DNA of 26,384 bases, taken from the IMG/VR virus record IMGVR_UViG_3300042807_000384, positions 1-26,384 of that record. One strand, 5' to 3'. The notes under the pieces are model-generated. The model did not search any database and was not told the DNA's origin. It saw nothing but the letters and a program-made list of their open reading frames with translations. A program made the translations under genes and the position numbers. Of this stretch, positions 17,619-26,153 are shown one piece after another. Numbering within the stretch: position 1 is the stretch's first letter; each line of letters begins with the position of its first letter. The stretch comes from a virus. Lineage: Duplodnaviria > Caudoviricetes.

Positions 17619-20600
17619 ATGGCCAATAATAAGATTCAAATGAAGAGAACGTCCGTTGCTGGACGTACTCCTAACACTACTAATTCCGGAAATACTTCCT
17701 TCATTGATGCAGGTGAACTTGCTGTCAATCTGACCGATCAAAAAGTATATACGTCGAATGGTAGTATTTATTTTGAAGTTGGCGCAAACCTCACAAATCT
17801 AGCCGTTACAACTATTACTGCTAATGGCACCGTTGGCGGTGCAGGATATGCACTGTATTCTAATGGATCTAGTGTTTATTGGGGTACTGCTTCAGGATAC
17901 ACAGGTAGCCAAGGAGATATTGGTTACACTGGTTCAACCGGAGATCAAGGTGTAATCGGCTACACTGGATCACAAGGTGATCAGGGAAATACCGGCTATA
18001 CAGGATCGGTTGCACTAGGCAGTTTGAACTGGGCACAAAATAATGTATCGTCGCAACAGTATGCCAATACATCTGACTCATTCCCTAAAGACCTAGCATC
18101 TATTACTATTACAACAGACGGCAATCCTGTACAAGTATCTGCATATGGTGATGCCAATCCTTTAGTTGGAGGAAGTTGGGGTAAGATCCAACTGTATCGT
18201 GAATCTACTGCTCTTGGTGGTGAGGTGCAGTTTGAAGCTTCTGGTGCAAATGAAAACAGTCCATATGGAATGACGTTCATCGACAACGTCGCTGCCGGTA
18301 CATATACTTACTATTTAAAATGTACGCAAGTTGCTGGTGGTAACGTTCAGTTCGGCGAAGCAAATGGTCCACTAATTAACGTTATCGAACTTCAGAATGT
18401 TAAAGGTTTTACTGGAAGCCAAGGCGACCTTGGTTATACAGGATCACAAGGTGCAGGATTTACAGGATCGCAGGGCGATCAAGGAATTCAAGGATACACC
18501 GGATCGCAGGGCAACCAAGGAATTCAAGGATACACTGGTAGTCAAGGATATACTGGCAGCCAAGGAGATATTGGTTACACCGGATCGCATGGAGATATTG
18601 GTTATACAGGAAGCAAGGGTGATACTGGATATACCGGCAGTCAAGGAATCCAGGGAATCCAGGGCTATACCGGCAGCGAAGGGCTTCAAGGGGATGTCGG
18701 ATATACCGGCAGTCAAGGAATCCAGGGAATCCAAGGATATACTGGTAGTGAAGGGCTTCAGGGTGATGTTGGATATACTGGATCCCAGGGAATCCAAGGA
18801 ATCCAGGGTTATACTGGTAGTATAGGTGTACAAGGTAATAACGGTTTCACAGGTAGCCAAGGTGATATTGGTTACACCGGATCTAGAGGCGATACTGGCT
18901 ATATTGGGTCTATCGGATATACTGGCAGCCAAGGTGATATTGGTTACACCGGATCACAGGGTATAGGATATACTGGATCCCAGGGTGATGTTGGATATAC
19001 TGGATCCCAGGGTGATGTTGGATATACTGGCAGCCAGGGATATACCGGTAGCCAAGGCGATATTGGTTATACCGGTTCTGCTGGAACAAATGGATACACT
19101 GGTAGCCAGGGATATACTGGTAGTGCTGGTTACACCGGTTCATGGGGCGGCACTGCTCTTGCTAATGTAGATATGAATGGTTATAGTATTAGCAACGTTG
19201 CTACATTTAGCGCTGGTAATACAACTATTTCCGGAGATATGACCATCACTGGTAACCTGAGTGTTACCGGCACAACAATCAGTATCTCTGGTAATAATCT
19301 GTCGATCACAGATAACATGATCTACATGAACCAGGGCATTCTTGCTACGATTACTAATATTTCTGGCAATGGTTCTGTTGTTACATTTACAGCTAATAAT
19401 AACTTCTCTGCTGGTTGGGATGTGTTTGTTTCTGGCGTGACACCAAGTTCTTTTAACGGCAATTATGTAAACATCCTAACAGCTAATGCTACACATTTTA
19501 CAGTTTCTAATACTAATGTAGACTCGTACACATCTGGTGGTACGGCTCGTGGTAAAACAGATGCAAATCCAGATATTGGGTTTGCTGCCGGCTACAATGA
19601 TGGTTCGTATCATCATGCTGGTTTTTTTAGAGATGCTTCAGATGGCATTTTTAAGGTATTTGATAGCTATTTGCCAGAACCAGATACATCTCCATTTATC
19701 GATACTGCAAATGCGTCATTCCACATCGCAGATTTCCAATCAAACACTCTATATACCAATGCAATTAGTGCCAATGGATCACTTGGTACAACAGGACAGG
19801 GTCTAGTATCTAACGGATCTGCCGTTTACTGGTCAAATAATCCAGGCTATACTGGAAGCCAAGGAATTCAAGGATATACCGGTAGCCAAGGCGACCTTGG
19901 TTATACAGGTTCTGCTGGAACAAATGGATACACTGGTAGCCAGGGAGATATTGGTTACACTGGTAGCCAGGGAAATACCGGATCGCAGGGTGTTCAAGGA
20001 TACACTGGTAGCCAGGGAGATATTGGTTACACTGGTAGCCAGGGAAATACCGGATCGCAGGGTGTTCAAGGATACACTGGTAGCCAGGGAGATATTGGTT
20101 ACACTGGTTCAAAGGGAGACCAGGGTATAATCGGCTATACCGGATCACAAGGTGATCAAGGTAATATTGGTTACACCGGCAGTCAAGGTAATCAAGGTAT
20201 TGACGGATATACCGGATCACAGGGTGTTCAAGGAATTCAAGGCTATACTGGTAGTCAAGGTAATCAAGGTATTGACGGATATACCGGATCACAGGGTGTT
20301 CAAGGAATTCAAGGCTATACCGGTAGTCAAGGTAATCAAGGTATTGACGGATATACAGGTTCTATCGGATATACTGGTAGTCAAGGTGATATTGGCTATA
20401 CTGGTTCTGCTGGAACAGACGGATATACCGGTAGTCAAGGATACACCGGTTCACAAGGTTCTGTTGCAACGCCTACAGATGATACTACTACTAATGCTAC
20501 ATATTATCCTATAGTTGCAATTGCAACATCAAATAATACACTTACAACAAGTAGTACTAAACTATATTATAACCCATCCACTGGTACTTTAAATGCTACA

Positions 20601-20888
20601 AACTTTAATTCATTATCAGATGAAACGGCAAAAGAAAATATACAAAAAATACAAGATGCTACTAATTTACTTGACATGATTAATCCTGTTTCATTTACAT
20701 GGAAAGATAATGGATCATTATCATATGGTGTTATAGCTCAAGAAATTGAAAAAGTATTGCCTACTATTGTTGCAACAAATGAAGATAGCGGGCTAAAATC
20801 TGTATCATATGATCAACTTATTCCGTTTCTAGTACAAGCCATTAAAGAACTCAAGATAGAAATTGAGCATCTGAAAAATCATAAGTAA
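17619..20888 (+). CDS. Long collagen-like tail fibre with Mtd-N-like N-terminus, internal globular domains and C-terminal Peptidase_S74 chaperone
   Basis: 1089 aa. N-terminal IQMKRTSVAGRTP...GELAVN. Three GYTGSQ G-X-Y tracts. C-terminal SLSDETAKENIQKI...PVSFTWK...GVIAQEIEKVLP...VSYDQLIPFLVQAIKEL. Confidence 0.85.
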   Translation: MANNKIQMKRTSVAGRTPNTTNSGNTSFIDAGELAVNLTDQKVYTSNGSIYFEVGANLTNLAVTTITANGTVGGAGYALYSNGSSVYWGTASGYTGSQGDIGYTGSTGDQGVIGYTGSQGDQGNTGYTGSVALGSLNWAQNNVSSQQYANTSDSFPKDLASITITTDGNPVQVSAYGDANPLVGGSWGKIQLYRESTALGGEVQFEASGANENSPYGMTFIDNVAAGTYTYYLKCTQVAGGNVQFGEANGPLINVIELQNVKGFTGSQGDLGYTGSQGAGFTGSQGDQGIQGYTGSQGNQGIQGYTGSQGYTGSQGDIGYTGSHGDIGYTGSKGDTGYTGSQGIQGIQGYTGSEGLQGDVGYTGSQGIQGIQGYTGSEGLQGDVGYTGSQGIQGIQGYTGSIGVQGNNGFTGSQGDIGYTGSRGDTGYIGSIGYTGSQGDIGYTGSQGIGYTGSQGDVGYTGSQGDVGYTGSQGYTGSQGDIGYTGSAGTNGYTGSQGYTGSAGYTGSWGGTALANVDMNGYSISNVATFSAGNTTISGDMTITGNLSVTGTTISISGNNLSITDNMIYMNQGILATITNISGNGSVVTFTANNNFSAGWDVFVSGVTPSSFNGNYVNILTANATHFTVSNTNVDSYTSGGTARGKTDANPDIGFAAGYNDGSYHHAGFFRDASDGIFKVFDSYLPEPDTSPFIDTANASFHIADFQSNTLYTNAISANGSLGTTGQGLVSNGSAVYWSNNPGYTGSQGIQGYTGSQGDLGYTGSAGTNGYTGSQGDIGYTGSQGNTGSQGVQGYTGSQGDIGYTGSQGNTGSQGVQGYTGSQGDIGYTGSKGDQGIIGYTGSQGDQGNIGYTGSQGNQGIDGYTGSQGVQGIQGYTGSQGNQGIDGYTGSQGVQGIQGYTGSQGNQGIDGYTGSIGYTGSQGDIGYTGSAGTDGYTGSQGYTGSQGSVATPTDDTTTNATYYPIVAIATSNNTLTTSSTKLYYNPSTGTLNATNFNSLSDETAKENIQKIQDATNLLDMINPVSFTWKDNGSLSYGVIAQEIEKVLPTIVATNEDSGLKSVSYDQLIPFLVQAIKELKIEIEHLKNHK
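17895..20462 (+). repeat. Three GYTGS collagen-like tracts (about 17895-18008, 18405-19143, 19845-20462)
   Basis: G-X-Y periodicity in translation. Exact 72-nt tandem unit starting at 19926, 19998 and (partial) 20070. Confidence 0.9.
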
Positions 20889-20909
20889 AAGCTAATCTAG
20901 AGGGATTTT

Positions 20910-21293
20910 ATGACTATTAATATACAAGGGAATACGCTAATTAATGATGCAAGGGCTTTTATTAATTATGGTCTTGTGCATAGTGCTTTAGGTTCAGTAT
21001 CAGGGGCTACTACAATTAATTTGTTAAACGGCAATTATTTCTCCGCAACAATTGCAGGTATAACTACATTTACTTTTTCTAATCCTTTGGCTTCACCTAA
21101 TGCGTGTGGGTTTGTATTAGAGTTAACGGGCGCTGGTTCATATTCTATAACATGGCCAGCTTCCGTTAGATGGCCGGGTGGTACTGCACCAACTTTAACT
21201 GCTAGCACAGGCGTAGATGTATTAGTCTTTATTACAGATGATGGCGGAACAAATTGGCGTGGGCTAGGTAGTATGTTAGACAGTAAATCATAG
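20910..21293 (+). CDS. Small tail-fibre-associated beta-domain protein
   Basis: 127 aa. TINLLNGNYFSATI...TFTFSNP...FVLELT...ITWPASVRWPGGTAPTLT...DVLVF.T.DGGTNWRG is a recurrent phage fibre-tip module. Confidence 0.65.
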   Translation: MTINIQGNTLINDARAFINYGLVHSALGSVSGATTINLLNGNYFSATIAGITTFTFSNPLASPNACGFVLELTGAGSYSITWPASVRWPGGTAPTLTASTGVDVLVFITDDGGTNWRGLGSMLDSKS

Positions 21294-21298
21294 CCTTA

Positions 21299-21305
21299 AT
21301 AAATA
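21299..21305 (+). promoter_or_regulatory. Putative T4-type late promoter (ATAAATA)
   Basis: Intergenic aATAAATA about 21 nt upstream of ORF 21327. Confidence 0.45.
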
Positions 21306-21326
21306 TTACTTGACAAGATAGGGATA

Positions 21327-21821
21327 ATGTTAATGCATCGATGGGCATTTGTAGAAGATAATAACATTGTTGAGCTACATTATAATTTACCAATTAGTTG
21401 GAGAAATATTAGTGGGCTTAAAAATGCTGAAAATGACCTTGAGTATTTACTTACTCTGGGGTGGATACCTATTGACCACGAACATCAATCGTTCGATCCT
21501 GATATCTATTCCATAGAAGACTATATTAATACCTTTGACGGTCAAAGGGTTGTTCAAACTTTAAAATTAGTCGAAGTAACGGCAGTACCATTTGAAATTC
21601 AAAAACAAGATTTTATGCAGCAATTGAGAAATATTAGGGATCAAAAGTTGAGAGACAGTGATTGGACTCAACTTCTAGATTGTAAACTGTCAGAAGATAA
21701 TAAAAATAATTGGGCTTTATATCGGCAAGCGTTACGTGATTTGCCAGAATATTATAATATGAATGAAGAATTAGATATTAATAATATTGTGTGGCCTCCT
21801 ATTGGCATTGACTGGTTTTAA
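21327..21821 (+). CDS. Tail fibre assembly chaperone (Tfa/Phage_tail_APC-like C-terminus)
   Basis: 164 aa. C-terminal LRNIRDQKLRDSDWTQLLD...WALYRQALRDLP...IVWP signature. Confidence 0.8.
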   Translation: MLMHRWAFVEDNNIVELHYNLPISWRNISGLKNAENDLEYLLTLGWIPIDHEHQSFDPDIYSIEDYINTFDGQRVVQTLKLVEVTAVPFEIQKQDFMQQLRNIRDQKLRDSDWTQLLDCKLSEDNKNNWALYRQALRDLPEYYNMNEELDINNIVWPPIGIDWF

Positions 21822-21847
21822 TTTAAGTTTATCTTAAAGGATAAAAC

Positions 21848-24800
21848 GTGTTTCTTATAGAAAAACTTTTAATGAAAAAAGGCGGTTCGGGCGGCGGAGC
21901 TGACCCATCTCAGCCGTTCATAAACGTTTGGGGGTATAATCGCTATGGCCAAATTGGCGATGGGACGCAAGGCTTTGTAGGTAAGTCATCTCCTATACAG
22001 ATTGGTACAAGTTCTTGGATTGCGGTTTCTGCTGGCAAGTCGCATACTGCAGCTATTCGTTCGGATGGCGGCTTGTTTACATGGGGAAATAATGGCCGCG
22101 GTCGCCTTGGCGATGGAACAATAATAAACAGATCATCACCGGTACAAATTGGCACGAGCTCTTGGACTTCTGTATCGTGTGGTTATGATCATACTGCTGC
22201 TATTCGTTCGGATGGTGGGTTGTTTACGTGGGGGTATCAGCGACATGGTAAACTTGGTACTGGAACAACAGGATATAGCGGCATTTCTTCACCAGTACAA
22301 GTTGGTACAAGTTCCTGGATTGCAGTAGCTGCAGGGCAGTTGCATACTGTAGCTATTCGTTTAGATGGTGGCTTATTTACATGGGGGAATAGCTCTTATG
22401 GTCAACTTGGTACTGGAGTATTTGGTTCTAGATCATCACCGGTACAGATTGGCACAAGTTCCTGGACTGCAATAGCTGCTGGTAGCATTCACACTGCTGC
22501 TATTCGTTTGGGTGGCAGCTTGTTTACATGGGGACAGGGAACTTACGGACGACTTGGTGATGGAACAACATTTGCCAAATCATCACCTGTACAGATCGGC
22601 ACGAGTTCTTGGACTTCAGTATCGGCTAAAAGAGTAGTGACTGCTGCTATTCGTTCAGATGGTGGCTTGTTTACATGGGGGAGATCCACTTATAATCAAC
22701 TTGGCAATTTAACAAGTTTGGGCCCTCCGCAGAGTTGGACTGCAGTGTCTGCCGGCACCTCGCACACTGTAGCTATTCGCTCAGATGGCGCTTTGTTTAC
22801 ATGGGGGACTAATTTTAACGGCCAACTTGGTGATGGAACAACATTCTCTAGATCATCTCCTGTACAGATTGGTACAAGTTCTTGGGCTGCAGTTAAGGCC
22901 GGTGGTGCTCACACTGCTGCTATTCGTTTGGGTGGCAGCTTGTTTATGTGGGGTTATAACGGCCGCGGCCAACTTGGCGATGGAACAACAATCGGCAAAT
23001 CATCACCGGTACAAATTGGCACGAGTTCTTGGACTGCAGTGTCTGCCGGCGCAACTCATACTGCAGCTATTCGTTCAGATGGCGGGTTATTTACGTGGGG
23101 GTATAATAGCCGCGGCCAACTTGGCGATGGAACAACACAAAACAGATCATCCCCAGTACAAGTTGGTACAAGTTCCTGGACTACTGTGTCCGCCAGCTCT
23201 GGCGGAACCCATACCGCAGCCATTCGTTCAGATGGTGCTTTGTTTATATGGGGAGATAGTAGCCAGGGCCAAGTTGGTACGCCAATTAGTTTAGGTCCTG
23301 CGCAGAGTTGGACTATGATAGCTGCCGGTAATTATCATACTGCAGCCATTCGTTCAGATGGCGCTTTGTTTACATGGGGATTTAATGCTAGTGGCCAACT
23401 TGGTAATGGAACAACAGTCAATCAAATATCCCCAGTACAAATTGGCACGAGTTCCTGGACTACTGTAGCGACTGGTTATAGGCATACTGCAGCTATTCGC
23501 TCAGATGGCGCTTTGTTTACATGGGGGATGGGTTCTAACGGCCAACTTGGTGATGGAACAACAGTCGCTATCAGGTCATCTCCAGCACAAGTTGGTACAA
23601 GTTCTTGGACAGCCGTATCGGCTGGTAGGACGCATACTGCAGCTATTCGTTCGGATGGTGGGTTGTTTACGTGGGGGGTTAATAACTATGGCCAACTTGG
23701 TAGTGGAACAACATTACCTAGATCATCTCCAGTACAAGTTGGCACGAGTTCCTGGACTGCAGTTAAGGCCGGTGGCTGGACTACTGTAGCTATTCGTTCT
23801 GATGGTGGCTTGTTTACATGGGGACGTAATAACTATGGCCAACTTGGTGACGGAGCAACTGTGGTTCCTGCCACTTCATGGACTGCGGTAGCTGCAGGCG
23901 GAACCCATACCGCAGCCATTCGTTCTGATGGTATCTTATTTACATGGGGGCAAAATGGTAGTGGACAACTTGGCGATGGAACAACAATCGCCAAATCATC
24001 ACCGGTACAAATTGGCACAAGTTCCTGGACTGCCGTTTCAGCAGGTGGTGCTCACACTGCTGCTATTCGTTTGGGTGGCAGCTTGTTTATGTGGGGTTAT
24101 AACGGCCGCGGTCGCCTTGGCGATGGAACAATAATAAACAGATCATCACCGGTACAAATTGGCACGAGTTCTTGGACTGCAGTGTCTGCCGGCGCAACTC
24201 ATACTGCAGCTATTCGTTTAGGAGGTTCCTTATTTACATGGGGGTGGAATCGCTATGGCCAACTTGGTAATGGCTTGTCTGGGTTTTATCTATATACTAG
24301 ATCTCCAATACAGATTGGTACGAGTTCTTGGACTGCGGTAGCTGGAGGTGGAACCCATACGGTTGCCATTCGTTCAGATGGTGGCTTATTTACATGGGGG
24401 CGTAATAACTATGGCCAACTTGGTAGTGGAACATTAGTAAATAGATCATCTCCAGTACAAGTTGGCACGAGTTCTTGGACAGCCGTATCGGCTAGTAATT
24501 ACCACTCCGCAGCTATTCGTTTAGGAGGTTCTTTATTTACATGGGGTCGCAACTCATTTGGCCAACTTGGCGATGGAACAACATTCGCCAAATCATCTCC
24601 TGTACAAATTGGCACGAGCTCTTGGACTGCAGTAGCTGCAGGTTTAAACCACACTGCTGCTATTCGTTCAGACAACATATTATTTACATGGGGGATTAAT
24701 GGCAGTGGCCAACTTGGTGATGGAACAAGAGTCGGCAAATCATCGCCTGTACAAATAGGTTCTAATTCTTGGATTATAGTGTCGGCTGCTAACCATACTG

Positions 24801-26137
24801 AAGCTATTCGCTCAGACAACGTATTATTCGCATGGGGTTATCAGGCTTACGGCCGCGGCCAACTTGGTGATGGAACAACTGTTAACAGATCATCACCTGT
24901 ACAGATTGGAGGCGGCGAGTTTTTATTTAATAGATCATCTCCAGTACAACTTGGTACAAGTTCTTGGACTGTCGTTTCGGCCGCTGCACGAGATGGGCAA
25001 CATATTGCAGCTATTCGTTTAGGTGGTAGTTTGTTTACATGGGGACGTAACTCCTATGGCCAACTTGGCGATGGAACATTAGCACATAGATCATCTCCAG
25101 TACAAGTTGGTACAAGTTCTTGGACTGCGGTGGCTGTTGGCGATCAACACACCATAGCTATTCGTTTAGGAGGTTCTTTATTTACATGGGGCCGTAATTC
25201 TAACGGCCAACTTGGTGATGGCTCATTTACCTTAAGATCATCTCCTGTACAAATTGGCACGAGTTCTTGGACAGCCGTTGCGGCTGGTTTAAACCACACT
25301 GCTGCTATTCGTTCAGACAACATATTATTTACATGGGGGATTAATGGCAGTGGCCAACTTGGTAATGGAACATTATCATCTAGATCATCCCCAGTACAGG
25401 TTGGTGGTGCGGAAGGAAATTTCTTTTCTTTATCACCTTTGCAGATTGGTACAAGTTCTTGGACTTCAGTGTCTGCAGGCGGAACCCATACCGCAGCCAT
25501 TCGTTCAGATGGCGGGTTATTTACGTGGGGGTATAACGGCAGTGGCCAACTTGGTAGTGGAACAACATTACCTAGATCATCTCCAGTACAAGTTGGCACG
25601 AGTTCTTGGACTGCAATAGCTGCAGGGCAGTTGCACACTGCAGCCATTCGTTTGGGTGGCAGCTTGTTTACATGGGGACAGGGATCTTACGGACGGCTTG
25701 GTGATGGAACAACAACTACCAAATCATCGCCTGTACAGATCGGCACGAGTTCTTGGACAGCCGTTGCGGCTGGTTTTAACCACTCTGTAGCTATAAGTAA
25801 CAATTTGCTGTACAGTTGGGGGAGCAACGGCATTGGCCGACTTGGTGATGGAACAACTGTTAACAGATCATCCCCAACATTGGTAGGAAATAACACTGTT
25901 CCGCCTACTGATAGGAGCTCCCCAGTACAAGTTGGTACAAGTTCTTGGACTGCAGTATCTGTTGGCTATCGCCATATTGCAGCTATTAGTTCTGACAGTC
26001 GTTTATTTACATGGGGGACTAATAATTTAGGTCAACTTGGTGATGGAACATCAATTGCCAAATCATCTCCTGTACAAATTGGAACAAGATCATTCACATT
26101 AATAAGTACTGGTGGATATCATACTATAGCTAGATAA
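21848..26137 (+). CDS. RCC1/BLIP-II-repeat beta-propeller protein (28 repeats), probable receptor-binding/fibre-tip protein
   Basis: 1429 aa, GTG start with AAGGA RBS. About 49-aa unit SWTAVSAGxxHTAAIRSDGGLFTWGxNxxGQLGDGTTxxRSSPVQIGTS. 28 xxWG motifs counted by hand. Confidence 0.9.
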   Translation: MFLIEKLLMKKGGSGGGADPSQPFINVWGYNRYGQIGDGTQGFVGKSSPIQIGTSSWIAVSAGKSHTAAIRSDGGLFTWGNNGRGRLGDGTIINRSSPVQIGTSSWTSVSCGYDHTAAIRSDGGLFTWGYQRHGKLGTGTTGYSGISSPVQVGTSSWIAVAAGQLHTVAIRLDGGLFTWGNSSYGQLGTGVFGSRSSPVQIGTSSWTAIAAGSIHTAAIRLGGSLFTWGQGTYGRLGDGTTFAKSSPVQIGTSSWTSVSAKRVVTAAIRSDGGLFTWGRSTYNQLGNLTSLGPPQSWTAVSAGTSHTVAIRSDGALFTWGTNFNGQLGDGTTFSRSSPVQIGTSSWAAVKAGGAHTAAIRLGGSLFMWGYNGRGQLGDGTTIGKSSPVQIGTSSWTAVSAGATHTAAIRSDGGLFTWGYNSRGQLGDGTTQNRSSPVQVGTSSWTTVSASSGGTHTAAIRSDGALFIWGDSSQGQVGTPISLGPAQSWTMIAAGNYHTAAIRSDGALFTWGFNASGQLGNGTTVNQISPVQIGTSSWTTVATGYRHTAAIRSDGALFTWGMGSNGQLGDGTTVAIRSSPAQVGTSSWTAVSAGRTHTAAIRSDGGLFTWGVNNYGQLGSGTTLPRSSPVQVGTSSWTAVKAGGWTTVAIRSDGGLFTWGRNNYGQLGDGATVVPATSWTAVAAGGTHTAAIRSDGILFTWGQNGSGQLGDGTTIAKSSPVQIGTSSWTAVSAGGAHTAAIRLGGSLFMWGYNGRGRLGDGTIINRSSPVQIGTSSWTAVSAGATHTAAIRLGGSLFTWGWNRYGQLGNGLSGFYLYTRSPIQIGTSSWTAVAGGGTHTVAIRSDGGLFTWGRNNYGQLGSGTLVNRSSPVQVGTSSWTAVSASNYHSAAIRLGGSLFTWGRNSFGQLGDGTTFAKSSPVQIGTSSWTAVAAGLNHTAAIRSDNILFTWGINGSGQLGDGTRVGKSSPVQIGSNSWIIVSAANHTEAIRSDNVLFAWGYQAYGRGQLGDGTTVNRSSPVQIGGGEFLFNRSSPVQLGTSSWTVVSAAARDGQHIAAIRLGGSLFTWGRNSYGQLGDGTLAHRSSPVQVGTSSWTAVAVGDQHTIAIRLGGSLFTWGRNSNGQLGDGSFTLRSSPVQIGTSSWTAVAAGLNHTAAIRSDNILFTWGINGSGQLGNGTLSSRSSPVQVGGAEGNFFSLSPLQIGTSSWTSVSAGGTHTAAIRSDGGLFTWGYNGSGQLGSGTTLPRSSPVQVGTSSWTAIAAGQLHTAAIRLGGSLFTWGQGSYGRLGDGTTTTKSSPVQIGTSSWTAVAAGFNHSVAISNNLLYSWGSNGIGRLGDGTTVNRSSPTLVGNNTVPPTDRSSPVQVGTSSWTAVSVGYRHIAAISSDSRLFTWGTNNLGQLGDGTSIAKSSPVQIGTRSFTLISTGGYHTIAR

Positions 26138-26153
26138 AAAGAGGTAAATATAT

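Noticed and set aside
21943-25896. Multiple short overlapping ORFs within the RCC1 gene
   Set aside because: They mirror the repeat periodicity of the main ORF and are by-products of it.
21848-26137. Diversity-generating retroelement target or CRISPR-like array in the RCC1 repeats
   Set aside because: The repeats are in-frame coding units. Differences are not adenine-restricted, and no reverse transcriptase, template repeat or cas gene lies in the window.
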